Shown: positions 26,335-37,534 of the stretch, one piece after another
How the letters are laid out: each line of letters opens with the position of its first letter
Numbering within the stretch: the stretch's first letter is position 1
Origin: Haplodiscus bocki
Lineage: Eukaryota
Direction of reading: 5' to 3'
Length of the DNA stretch: 64,000 nt
Assembly (NCBI GenBank): GCA_965655095.1
Contig: OZ296649.1
Coordinates: forward strand, 80,290,001 to 80,354,000
Made by a program: the position numbers and the translations under genes
Notes under the pieces: generated by a model
Seen by the model: the letters and a program-made list of their open reading frames with translations, nothing else
Databases searched by the model: none
Told to the model about the DNA's origin: nothing

Positions 26335-27243
26335 TTGTTCCATAGTCACTGGAAACTTGAAAAGTTGAAGTTAAAACTGAAAAGGAAACTTACAAATTCA
26401 CAGAAAAATAATGAAAACGAACGTCGAGCATATAAAGAAAATCCGGAACCAGAATCACTAGACTTCTCGAGTGCTACAATTCCGAATAAACCTCCAAACT
26501 ATCCCACCAACTTGTTCCAATGTTTCGAGGATCTCATGAGTGATCTCTCACCGACAATTGCTTGTTTGATGGATACTACTGAAGTCAAAACAACATTTGG
26601 AACTTCTGTGTTGGACAAATATCGTCAGAAAGGATTTTTAGCAGATGCAAATTCATCACCGAAATGCTGGGACTTTTCCTCTGTACCAGAAAGAGTTTTA
26701 CGAATTTCACTTCCGAATGTTGAAGTTTAAGGAAACGCTCCAACTAATTGGGTTCATGTGAAAATTTTCAAGGAGAATATGGGAGAGATGAAGTTTCATC
26801 AGTTGATCATTCTTTCGATTCGGGAAATGCGGAGAGTTCTATTTTCTCTTGACGAAGTTCTTGGTGAAGCCAAGAGGTGGTTCCTGAGTCTTCTGGAATC
26901 ACAAGAGTCCTTGAAGAGGGAAGAGATGGGTACAACAGGCCAATTCCAGTTTGCAAACTATCCAACCCCTCTGGAGGACCGAGAGACTTGCGACAAGTTC
27001 TGGGAGTCACGTGAAACAGCCAGGCGAAAAGTGTGTGCATCTCTCATGTCATATGATATAGGAAACTTCAATCGTTCATATATTCAATTGAAACTTTTTA
27101 CACGTTCGGTAGTTGCAGAAAACTTCACACGGAGAGGAGTTGTGAACATCAGAGTTGGAGAGATTGACAAAATCTCATGTGGAGATCATGGAGAGTTTAG
27201 TGCGCGAGCCTTTACACAAGAACAAAAAACTTACCTCATCTAA
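26335..27243 (+). pseudogene. Polinton ORF with two similar beta-rich modules, possibly PC4-like; one in-frame stop
   Basis: ORFs 26335 and 26758 are in one frame, split by TAA at 26728. Modules ERVLRISL..WVHVKIFKE..HQLIILSIREM and RRKVCASL..YIQLKLFTR..RGVVNIRVGEI. Confidence 0.5.
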
Positions 27244-27370
27244 AACTCTTCGTTCAATTTTTGTGTAGTAGATTTCTTTCTGAATATTCGGAATTGCTGT
27301 TTGTTAACTGTCACCTTCTTCCAAATCAATTAACTTTTGAAATTCGTTTTCATTTCAGATTTCGAAAAAT

Positions 27371-28180
27371 ATGGTACCAAATGAAGTAAGAGAGGATCTT
27401 GATTTCAGTATAGGGCGTAGCGGTTGACTTATCGAAATCAAAGGATGCCGAAATAGTGAATGGGAGACACTAAAAAACGAATTTTCCGGCAATTGATAAC
27501 GTTACCTGATTTCTGTAAAGGAAATGATAATCGTTTATTTATAATTAGAAACGGAAAAAGGATGTTGACAATAGAATTTAATCCAAAACTCTTTCAATAT
27601 CGTTTCTTTTTGCACACATACAGTCTTGTGAAACTCATCACCAAACAGGTTACACTTTTCTCCTGTGCAGAATATACAACGATTTGCAAATTCGCAAAAA
27701 GAGTGGATGGGACTGAGTTCCATAACAATCCCTTCGAATATTGATCGAGTCACTTTGATGATGCGAATACAGGACATTCCTTCTTTAGAGCAGGAAATTA
27801 ATTGAGATCCAACCTTTGCCAAAAATTCCAAACGACAAAAATCCTCGCGGCTTGTAAAAGCATCAATTCTCAGGTTGACTTGTATGATGTTAACGTGAAG
27901 TGTCCTTTCGGTGGTCTGATTGGCGTGGATGACTCGAAGGTATATTTTGTTTTTCAAAAAATATAAGATGCATGCAGTGCTTCATGATGCGACTGGTTTC
28001 ACCTTAAAGAAGGAAACGGGTATTTTTATGTATTGGGAACACACTCTCCAGAACTCTTGAACACATGCTTGTTTGGGCATATCACGGGTATCTTATATTG
28101 TTGCTTCCTGAAAGTTGATCCTAATTTTTTGAAATCATTCGATGTAGGATCTTGTCAAGACCGAGAATAAGTTCAAATCG
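27371..28180 (+). pseudogene. Fragmented Polinton ORF with PFGGLIG / HAVLHDA motifs (possibly PLA2-like HD)
   Basis: VKCPFGGLIGVDDS (~27895), YKMHAVLHDATGF (~27962) and CLFGHITGILYCCFLK (~28065) lie across frameshifts. Confidence 0.4.
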
Positions 28181-28329
28181 TTTTCAAACGAAAAAAGGTA
28201 AATTTCAGTTGGTCGGCCTCGCTGAGTATGCAAAAACAACCGAATCGGGTCCCCCAAAATCTTGCGAAGGAGATAGTTTTCAACTCTGCTAGTGAAGAAC
28301 GTCCGCCTTAGAGCGTATGTGGACGGAAG

Positions 28330-28510
28330 TGTTCTCAATCGGCGAGTTTAATTATAATTCAAAGTATTGTTGTTTTTATTTTGATCATTACATCCGTAGT
28401 TTGTATTATTATTTCAAGAAGTTGTGAGGAAAGAACTGTTTGGGTAGCGCTGTTATCCAGTGTGGTCGGTTTTATTCTTCCTATTCCTAGATATAAATTT
28501 AAAAGAAGAA
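28330..28510 (+). pseudogene. Small two-helix hydrophobic Polinton protein
   Basis: ILIITSVVCIIISRSCEERTVWVALLSSVVGFILPIP lies immediately upstream of the ATPase. Confidence 0.5.
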
Positions 28511-28519
28511 AATTATCCC

Positions 28520-29130
28520 AACCGAAGATCGAGTATTCATGTCCTTGTTTGGACCAGCAGCATCTGGAAAGTCCCATTTAATTTGCCAAATGTTGAAAAC
28601 GGGAACTTTTGTCCGACCTTCCGACAAAACTAACTATTTTTATCTGTACTTCCAAAAACTGTACGCTGAAATGCAAAAAAAAAACAAAGCAATATCCAAT
28701 TCATTGGTAGTCTGGACTTTGACTTCATCGAGAACCTTCCGAATGATGGAACCAACTTTTGACGACTCTTGCGATAAAATTTCAAGATCAAAACAATTCG
28801 AGAAAATAGCTATTGCAGGAAGGCATCGGAAACGCAATTGCATCTATATAAACCATAATTTGTTCCATAAAGGTGCAAATCAAAGGGACACTGAGTTGCA
28901 AAATGCACATTGTTCTGTTCAAGTCACCACGCGATGTTCAACAAATTGATGTAGCAGGAAAACAACTTGGTTTGAGAAACACTCTGCGGACGTGGTATGC
29001 TGATGCTACATCGATTCCATATGGTCATTTAATGATTGATTTATCACCAAAAACGATCTTTTACGTTACTGTGCCGATGTTACTTCATTTCTGTCTAAAT
29101 TCTATTTTCCGAGCAGTAGGTCAAGAAAAA
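28520..29130 (+). pseudogene. Packaging ATPase (A32/FtsK-HerA type), frameshifted
   Basis: Walker A GPAASGKS, Walker B FDDSC, AGRHRK..IYINHNLF, HIVLFKSPRDVQQI, DATSIPYGHLMIDLSP. Confidence 0.92.
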
Positions 29131-29139
29131 CACAAACAA

Positions 29140-29954
29140 ATGATCAAAAATCTGGACTACTATTCTCTAAAGCTCTTTTTAACTTCCAGCAGAGAAATTT
29201 CCTCAGAAATTGTTCCAAAGATTTCATTAGATTTCTCTGTGAGTGTTGTAAAAATCTACAGGGAAATCTCAAAACTATTGAGAAGACTACACTCTATCGG
29301 CCGAAAAACATTATCAGAAAGCTGGTTCCGAAAAAACTTCATGTACAGCTCGTCGTTTCCTACTGGCTTCCAAAAAATGATTCTACCTTTTGAACATTGT
29401 TGGTTGCGCTGTATTAAGAAAATTCTGAGAATCGATAGAACATCGAAAACAATAAATGTGTACTAATTCCAATACACCTCTGGGAACAAGGAGCATTTCC
29501 ATTTCCCTCAATTGACAATAACTCTGGGGACGCTAGGATACATTTTTTCAAACGCAAGCAACCGATTGACTCCAGCTACATAGGAGAGGACCTAATCGCA
29601 TTCAACAAAACTACCAAAGACACTGATTCACCGACACAAAAGGAACGGGTGAAAGAATACCTTCTTAATGACATTAGGAAAGATTCGAATGCAAAGAAGA
29701 TCATTTCTGAGCTTTTCGAAAACAAAGCAATAACTTCCTCTCTCGATAATACAATTTTTGCGGATAACACTGACACTGAAGTCCCTGCACGGGATTGTAT
29801 TCACAATTTGAGACGAAAGAATGGAAGCTTTGCTCTGAAGTATTCCATAAAACTAAATACTTTGAATTTTCCACAGAGTTACATGACTAACACTGTAGCT
29901 TTAACTGATGATGACAACACAAGGTTCTTTTTCTTTCTGAAAGACTCAAGTTGA
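29140..29954 (+). pseudogene. One or two uncharacterised Polinton ORFs between ATPase and integrase
   Basis: Open stretches 29140-29466 and 29649-29954 (DNTIFADNTDTEVPARDCIHNLRRKN), in tandem with the core genes. Confidence 0.45.
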
Positions 29955-30700
29955 ATAAGCTGTACAGGAGTGGACCAAGAGCTTTTGGATCATTGAAACT
30001 TCTGTCAAACTCTGTCTTGGAATTCTAACACAAAGTTTAATATGGTATCTCAAGGCATTTTGTCTCGCTCTGCCCGAGTGCAACCGATGAGCAATAAAAA
30101 CGCTGAGACTACCCGAACAGCTTTTATCCGAATGTGCTCTGACAAAGGTAACAAGCACATCTTTCCAAAAAAGTTGCGGGTGGATAGCGGGAAAGAGCTT
30201 TTGAGATTTCCGAGAATTCTGCCACGAGGTAGGAATCCACAAAAATCATACTTTCAGCGAGACGAAAGCCTGCTTCGCTGAACATGCCATTAGATCATTG
30301 GAATCTGTGATTTACAAGTATCTTGAAGAAACAAGAAATGATTGCTACCTTCTGAAACTTCAGAAATTCGCCAAAACTCTCAACTCTCGCGTCAATAGAT
30401 CCACAACTTTAACGGCTGAGAGAATACAAAATGGAGATTTCATAAAAATGTTCAGCAAAATTCGTTAAAAACTAGCAGTTCTCCTTCATTGAAAGTTGGA
30501 GAATATGTTCGTATCGCAAAAGTTACAACTTCGTTCTGTAAAGGATATAGGCCTCAGTTTACTAACGTGATCTTCGAAATTATAGACAATAGATCAACGG
30601 TACCTAGAGTCTCCTACGAGCTGGAAGATTTGAAAGGAGAAAAGTCCTTGGTGCCTTTCATCACGAATAACTTTCCAGACATTGTTCCTCAATTAGACGA
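29940..30700 (+). pseudogene. Polinton retroviral-like integrase, frameshifted and internally deleted
   Basis: LNKLYRSGPRAFGS N-terminus; SR.ARVQPMSNKNA; PKKLRVDSGKE; KACFAEHAIRSL; LNSRVNRST; KVGEYVRIAK..F.KGYRPQFT..IFEI. Confidence 0.9.
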
Positions 30701-30742
30701 AATTTCCAGACATTGTTCTTCAATTAACTCAATCACTTAGCG

Positions 30743-31500
30743 ATGGAAACCTCTACTGTTGAGTTACATTCATCCGCCTCATCCAATCTTCACCCAGAGA
30801 ACTCAATTCCTTCTTTCACGAATTTCTTACCTAATCAAATAAATCTGTACGGAAAATGGGAAGTGGCTCTAACTGATATGTTTCCCCTCAAAGTCTTTTT
30901 ACCATCACGCAAGGTAGATTTGGAATTAGTGTGTCCACAGGAGGGAAAGTTATTGAATCAGAAAAATACAAACTTTTCCCTGGCTACTACCCAACAATAA
31001 AAGCTGTAGTCTCTACAATTGTTTGTAAAGGTATTCGCTGGTTCGCATTTCCACAACTACCGCAAACTGGAATCCAAATTTATTGATTTTTTAGTTGATA
31101 GCATTAGTCAACGAATCTTCATCAAAACGATGCCTGATTTGAAAATATTTTTGGACAGTGGAGATTTACAACACGTTTTCGGCTTCATGCCTTCAAATGA
31201 ACCTCTTGGGATTGATGATAACCAATCAGTCTCTCCGTATGTTCATGATATTCAGAGGTTCCATTCAATTATAGTTTATACCGATTTTATCGATAATACT
31301 ATTTTGGGAGATCTGAAAGCTCCTGTTTTGAAAAGCTTTCCGATCGAGAAACCCCACTTTGAAACCGCACAAGGACTAATATCCAAATCTTTCCAAAACT
31401 TTGAATTGCGGAGAGTCCTTAAAAACTCATTTCATTCCATATCTATTGATCTGAGATCACCAAATGGAGAAAAAATTCTTTTTTTTTCTCCACCCATTTA
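30743..31500 (+). pseudogene. Polinton minor capsid (penton/PX), frameshifted
   Basis: ELHSSASSNLHPENSIPSFTNFLPNQINLYGKWEVALTD ... IIVYTDFIDNTILGDLKAPVLKSFP ... SFHSISIDLRSPNGEKI. Confidence 0.85.
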
Positions 31501-31578
31501 TCCCTTCTTTTCAGGAGGATGCAGAAATAGGGTCACTGATTATTTTTCAAGTCATTTTCTTTGTAACCTTCATACTGA

Positions 31579-31900
31579 ATGGCTAGTTATACAAACTTAG
31601 ATTATTTTAAAGGTACTCCTCGACGAAGAGGAAGGGGGTTTGGAGCTTTAGCCGGTACGATTGGACGAACAGCTTTTCCCATTTTTCGGAAATAAGTTCT
31701 ACCCAATTCAAAGAAGCTAGGGGAAGACGCAACAGAGGCTGCTCTTCCAGAACTGGGGGAAGGAATCGCTGGCAGATCCTCGATCAAGCCACTAAAAGAG
31801 CAGCAAAAAAACTGAGAGAAAGCAGTTAGGAGGGGGGGGGGGAGAAGAAAAACAATCGAAAGAAAAAACGAGGACCAAACCAAGCCATTAAATCAAAAAA
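31579..31900 (+). pseudogene. Small basic virion-core-like protein with RGRGFG motif and amphipathic helix
   Basis: MASYTNLDYFKGTPRRRGRGFGALAGTIGRTAFPIFRK*VLP; sits between minor and major capsid genes; not in the ORF track because of stops. Confidence 0.65.
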
Positions 31901-31948
31901 CTACCAACAGCCTAGTCGGGAAGATTTTTACAAAAGGATATCCTACTC

Positions 31949-32735
31949 ATGTCAACTCCTCGAGCAATGACACATTCTTCCTCGGACCTATTCGACAGAG
32001 TACCAATTTTGGAACCAATTGAATGTTCCAATACTCAAAAAATTTACCCTACGAATTCCCTAAATGATGCGTTTTTGGTCTTGCAGTTTGAATTGGACAG
32101 AAACATGATGATAGGCTTGCAGGAAACTTTCCTATTCTTGAAAGTTAAACTGAGCAAAGGAAACGTAGCATTGGAAGCTGCTGACGATGCAATGTTTGTC
32201 AATAATATCATGCACTTTTTTTTCAAATTGCGAGGTTTATTTTAATAATTAACAAGTTTGTACTTCCAATGGATTCTATGCTCATAAAGCGTTCATCTTT
32301 AATGAATTTTCTAACACAAAAGGAACCAAGAGTTCTATTTGCGCATGTCAAGGCTATAGGTACGAGAAAGAACGGGTATCATTTGCAGACGAACCTTTCC
32401 TCCTTCGTAAGGCAACGAAGAAAAATTGCTTTTAAGGGAAATTAGCCATTGATGTTTTCACTTGCGATAAATTCCTACTCCCCAACGTCAAAATACAGTT
32501 ACCTTTAGTTCGCGCCAGACCAAATTTCTACATTATCACCATTCAGAACAAAAATTTTTCAAGTTCCATTCTCCCAGCGTCTCTCTTTAGACGACAAGTT
32601 GTAATCGAGGATAGCATTTTCTAAGACTTATATAGCTCGTGGCAACTTCTTCCAGCTCGCTATAACTTCTCCGAAGTGTTAGCGAAAACATTTGCTATAA
32701 GTAATGGACAGTATCAATACATTCATGAAAACATC
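31949..32735 (+). pseudogene. Polinton major capsid protein (PY), 5' part
   Basis: DLFDRVPILEPIECSNTQKIYPTNSL..FVNNIMH..SNGFYAHKAFI..GKLAIDVFTCDKFLLPNVKI..AKTFAISNGQYQYIHENI. Cut by the LTR element at ACATC. Confidence 0.9.
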
Positions 32736-33242
32736 TGTAAAATTTCTTGGGTTTTGTCTTTTGTTTGAAAATGGGATTCAGTCCTTTACTAGTTGGAAGA
32801 CTTTGATTTATTTTTTAGTGGCTATCTTCAGTGCGTGGTGTGAGGAAAAAAATCTGTTGAAGCTTCGAAGAATTAATTTCAGGCATACAGGCAACTATTT
32901 AGTAGCAATCCCTGAAGAGCTCTCTCTTTTAAATCTCTTTTTTATACAGCTTCATAAATTATCCAATCTATTTTTTGTCATCATGTGAAAATTATAATTC
33001 AATAAAAGTTTATACTCAATATCTCTTCTTTACATTTAATTTCCATGCGGATATTGGGTATTTGTTTCTTTTCCACTGGTTTATTGATTGTCTATTTCTC
33101 CGGATGTTAGTGATTCCGATGAGGGGAGGGGTTCCTTGTCTTTTAAACTCCAAGAAATTTAATAGCGCCAAGAATTCATGTTTTTCAAAATTAATCAAAT
33201 TAAGATCATGCTTCAAAATAAAATATTCATCAGAATATTACA
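32736..33242 (-). repeat. 3' LTR (507 bp)
   Basis: TGTAAAATTTC...GAATATTACA; direct repeat of 45397-45904 with roughly 17-18 differences by eye. Confidence 0.97.
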
Positions 33243-33324
33243 CTAGCCGACTTTAAGTTTATTTCTCCAGCTCTAGTTTTATTGGAGTAATTATTATTCA
33301 TGCTTCCGTGCAGGTTAGCTTTTC

Positions 33325-35540
33325 TTAAACGCGGTGCATTTGTCGATTGAGTTGTGCATATGTAGGTGCACTTTCTTCTCTTGCTTCCATCAGTTGAGAT
33401 TCGGGTAGGAGTAAACTTCGGTTACGCCATTGAAAATTTTCATCATTCTGTACCCGATCCAAGTGTTGGTCTTCTACCACCATTATCGGTTTGAGGGGAA
33501 TTTTTTGTTTGTCCAGTTTGTGAGAAAAGGGTTGGAATTTGTGGAGTTTTTTGTAGCGATAGAGAGCAAGCATTAGTCCCAAATGTAGTAGTGCACTAAG
33601 GATGAATACTGCAATTCCTATCATCAAATGACTTTTCCACGATATATAGTTATTAAATTGTTTCTCAAATGAGGGCTTCAACATAGTTAGTTTCTGCGCT
33701 ATAGGTTCAGCTATTTGTTGAATATTCTTTTTGTAGCCGTATTGTGGTTGGGCTTGGAGTTCCAGTTTGAGGGACTTTAGTAGTTTCATAATAGCTTCCA
33801 CTTTGGTATTGTAGTAGGGAAGTTCTTCCACTGTTGGCAATAGGCTGAACAGGTTTGCCATTGGTTGAGGCAGTTCCACTTCCAGTTTGACTGGTGGGAC
33901 TTTTGCACATGACGATAGGTCAGACCTGATTCAGATATTTTCGCCAGTTAACTGTTTACCACATTCTAGTGTTATTAAACAAATTCTACATCCTTTGACT
34001 GTTTTTGAGCCTGCCAGTGTTGTAGCATCCATATAATTTTCTTTGAAATCGAAGTTGGCCTGGGCTGAAGTTATAAGCCATATTCCATATCCCAGATTTG
34101 TTGCTTTGACTTTCAGTGGTAGTGGGACTGGGACTGTATCACAGACTTCTAATGCACCCATAATGTTTCCAAAATATAAAGTTGCGAGGCATGACGAGTC
34201 TTTATTTTCTGTTGCCAAAGTTTCATGACAAATTCGATACTTGCTTGAACCAATACATTTATCAAGTTGATCTCTCGTTACAAGCGAAGTTTCCATCAAG
34301 TTTTCTGATATTGGCAATTATTCTGCCTCCACATCCCATTTAATTGCCATGTCTTCGTCCATTTGGGGTACAGGTACCACTATTGCTTTGTACACTGTGA
34401 ATGCTGTTTGTCGTGATGCAAATGGGATTGCCATTGTCATCTAAAGACCCTCATCAAAAGTCAATACATCCAATAGTAAACGTGATTCATAATATGCCAA
34501 AAGTTCTTGTTTTGGAATGGCCAGTGTAAGTCGGTGATCGGATTTCTCCTGTGAGTCGTCAACCACTTTCAAAATTTGTTCCAAAGAGTTTGGGTAGGAG
34601 TGACATGGGGATATATTTTGAAAGTAGAGAGGGAATAGCGTTCATTATGTTCATCTGGAATGCGAATAGAGCGGCGCGATAGGCCTTGACATTGCTGTAG
34701 ACTAGCGAAAGTAGGGAAGATATTGTATCAAAATTGAAGTTCACCTGTTGTCTTGTGTATAAGAGTTGGTCGCAATTGCGCATATCGTGAATATTTTCCT
34801 GAAGTACTTGAAATTGCTTCTCGATCTTTTGCCAGTTCTCATTTTGGGTTTCTATAATTTGGTTTTGGATTTCATGAAGCAGGGCTAAATCTTTCGAGAC
34901 ACGGAAAAATTTCCCATCGGTTTCATTTGCAAGTTGTTGTAAGTTATCGCCAATGGCTGTTGCGTATTTTCCTAACTTTTCAATGTTTTGGGCATTCGTT
35001 TTGGCCTTTTCTTGGCACGAGCCAAAAATACACATAATGCCACAATCGTCTGATGCACCAAACATGATGCCTGTTCCGAATAATCCGACGACGCCAGCTA
35101 CAGCGGCTGCTATAGGTAGTGCTCTTCTAGACCTCTGATTTTTCTTGATTTCGGTACCCTTCAGGAAAGAGGATACTTCTTGTTTTATGTTAGTCAGATC
35201 TTCTTCAGCGAACACTATTTCCTTTTTTGTTTCTTTTAGAAGCCAGTCTACTTTAAACTCGTTTTCGCCTGCGTTTGTGAAAATAAGGTAACACCGACGT
35301 CGGCATTTGCCACATATTCTGTAATTCTTTTGCAACTTTGTCCAGGTTTTCAGTTAGTTGAATTTCAAATTTTGGATAGGGGACTAAGAATTGGGCGTTT
35401 ACAAACTTTTCTGCCAAAAGTATTTTTGTCTCTTCATGAAAGAATACTCCTCGTTCAAGACTACCTTTATCATCTGCTGTCACTACCATAAATAGCCAAA
35501 GTAGAATCATTGTGGGGGCTGATTCTTTTGAAGGTTGCAT
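33325..35540 (-). pseudogene. env: env: class I fusion glycoprotein (baculovirus F/errantivirus-like), disrupted
   Basis: Signal peptide MILLWLFMVVTA. Furin site RSRR followed by fusion peptide ALPIAAAVAGVVGLFGTGIMFG. Heptad repeats. Cys-rich DQLDKCIGSSKYRICHE..SSCLATLY. TM HLMIGIAVFILSALLHLGLMLALY. Several stops and frameshifts. Confidence 0.88.
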
Positions 35541-35614
35541 TATTTACTACCTTGAAATTTGGAATACTGTTGGAACACAGATGATTTGGGGGTATATTTG
35601 CAATTTAAGTTGCT

Positions 35615-35959
35615 TTAAAGTTCCTCTTCTAGATAGTCCAACAGTTCTTCTAGTTTGACTTTGAACGTTGATTCTAACTTCAATGATTTGTAGTGTTTGC
35701 TCAGGGTATCATACAGACTGTCGTATTCAATTGTGTCACTGTCAATTTCCATATAGTAGGGCTCATTGTGGGGTTTGAAGACTCCCATTCGAATGAGGGG
35801 ACAGCATTCACATTGTTGTAGTTGAATTTTATTGATATAAAGTGGGTTCTTTTCGGGTGGTGTCCACTGTAAGAGTACTTTGAATTGTAATTGAATTGGG
35901 GTAAGTTGCCAATGAACTGTAATTGTATTCTCCATATTGATCCACAGATAGGGCTTCAA
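35615..35959 (-). CDS. Accessory small protein B (CxCC), paralog of 36322-36606
   Basis: FKVLLQWTPPEKNPLYINKIQLQQCECCPLIRM...MEIDSDTIEYDSLYDTL aligns by eye with the upstream ORF. Confidence 0.7.
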   Translation of the reverse strand: MKPYLWINMENTITVHWQLTPIQLQFKVLLQWTPPEKNPLYINKIQLQQCECCPLIRMGVFKPHNEPYYMEIDSDTIEYDSLYDTLSKHYKSLKLESTFKVKLEELLDYLEEEL

Positions 35960-35989
35960 GGTATTTCTTTAATTCGATTTAGAAGGGGC

Positions 35990-36271
35990 TTAACTTAATT
36001 TCAAATTTCTCCAGCCACTCTTAGATGATTTTTTTGCCATGCAAAAAAGTTGAAATTCAGGGGCTTTCGTTTTCTTTGAGAAGGGTAATGAGTAACTGAC
36101 TGCTGGAGAACCGGTTGTAGAAAGGTTGCCGCCATAAAAAGGGAATTGTAATATCGTGAATACACATAGGGTTTTGACGGATATTACAGTTGGTGTGAGC
36201 GGGACTTCGTCGGATATTAGATTTTGTTGGTACGGTCCGGTCAGATAGGAACAGGTTGTCAGAGCTGTCAT
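35990..36271 (-). CDS. Accessory ORF, unknown (93 aa)
   Basis: ATG-initiated ORF packed tightly between the two paralogs; no recognisable motif. Confidence 0.4.
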   Translation of the reverse strand: MTALTTCSYLTGPYQQNLISDEVPLTPTVISVKTLCVFTILQFPFYGGNLSTTGSPAVSYSLPFSKKTKAPEFQLFCMAKKSSKSGWRNLKLS

Positions 36272-36321
36272 GGTTTTTGCTGGATCATGGAATGCATTTG
36301 TTAGTGTTCCAGTGGAACCAA

Positions 36322-36606
36322 TTAGGCTATTTCATTAATTTGACTTCCCATGAATTGAACCAACGGATCCAGTTCAGTCGGATGAGCAGATGTATACAGG
36401 CGTAGCAATTTGTAGAGGCTAACGAATTTCTCGTTTGTTGTGGAAATCTCTAAGATCGCTTTTTGGCCATTGTTCATGTTAGGTTCGCTGATTAAAAGTC
36501 TCAGAGGTGCACAACAGGAGCATTTTTGCCATTGAATTCGGTGTATCGTCAGCAGGGTATCTTTTCCAGGTGATTTCCACTGTAAGTTAATGTCAAATTT
36601 GTCCAT
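36322..36606 (-). CDS. Accessory small protein A (CxCC)
   Basis: FDINLQWKSPGKDTLLTIHRIQWQKCSCCAPLRL...LEISTTNEKFVSLYKLL; ATG preceded by an A-rich leader. Confidence 0.7.
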   Translation of the reverse strand: MDKFDINLQWKSPGKDTLLTIHRIQWQKCSCCAPLRLLISEPNMNNGQKAILEISTTNEKFVSLYKLLRLYTSAHPTELDPLVQFMGSQINEIA

Positions 36607-36949
36607 TTGTTGTGTTTTTGCTTTTTTTTGTCGGTTCGCACGCTGGGTAAAAAAAATGCAGAAGTGTCATTTTTTACGGGCGGATCGCTAGAGGTAATAT
36701 AGCTGTTAGTTGTTTGTTGCGGCGGATATTAATGGCGTGTTAGGTGTCCTCTGAATTTGTTTTTTGGCTGTTTTCTCAGCAATAATTTTAGTTGAACAAT
36801 GTCATTTAACCGGATATGAATTTAATTCGTTTTGTTTGCTGAGGTAATGAGTTTTCTGTCGCCGATTGCAAAGCGACCTGTTGTTTTAGGGCTTTCACGG
36901 TCTGCTGCTTTATTACATGTTTCTGAATTATGCTATTGTTTTTCAGAGA

Positions 36950-37222
36950 ATGGATTGTTCATTTGTTACTTTGTTCGCCGACGCAGTTTTAGAATGTTGC
37001 AATGATGGAACAACCGTTTGGCGGGGCTCCCGAAGGGTGAGTTTCTCTCCTCATCGTGATCCGCAGTGTCCGGGTGTAAGTTCTGGCAGTCCTCTAGCTA
37101 CTGTTTATGAACCGGAAGTGGGGAAGTTCGTCATTCTAGGGGTTTCGTTTCTGTTGTTCTTCTGCGTTCTGTTGTTCTTTTGGTTAGAGGGAAGAAAGAA
37201 CAGACAGCATGAGAGACAGTGA
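36950..37222 (+). CDS. Possible small antisense ORF with hydrophobic C-terminal segment, or upstream exon(s) of the JmjC transcript
   Basis: ATG follows TTTTCAG. FVILGVSFLLFFCVLLFFWL is hydrophobic, but the ORF contains consensus splice donors. Confidence 0.3.
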   Translation: MDCSFVTLFADAVLECCNDGTTVWRGSRRVSFSPHRDPQCPGVSSGSPLATVYEPEVGKFVILGVSFLLFFCVLLFFWLEGRKNRQHERQ

Positions 37223-37534
37223 GGGCAGACTCAGGGTTTCATTTGCAATTCATGCAGTGTAATTGCTTAATTTAGTTTGATACTATAGTTAGATGACTAT
37301 GGTTTAAGTGTAGGCGTTTAGTTAATTGGAAGTGATTTGCAAATTGAATGTGTATCTTTTGTTATTTTTTTTTGTTTTTTGAAAGAAAAAAAAATTTGCA
37401 ATTGGAATTTAATTTCACTCACTTGGTTACTGAGCATCCTTAAAAATAAGTCTATGTAGGTGCATTCTTCTGTGTGTGTGTTTCTTACAAGTCATGGGCA
37501 TGTGACTCAATGTTGCTGCTTTTCAGAGTTTAGA

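Noticed and set aside
37025-37060. RRVSFSPH resembling the PP1-docking RVxF motif of ICP34.5/GADD34
   Set aside because: The motif is short and coincides with a consensus splice donor (GTGAGT); the ORF itself is doubtful.
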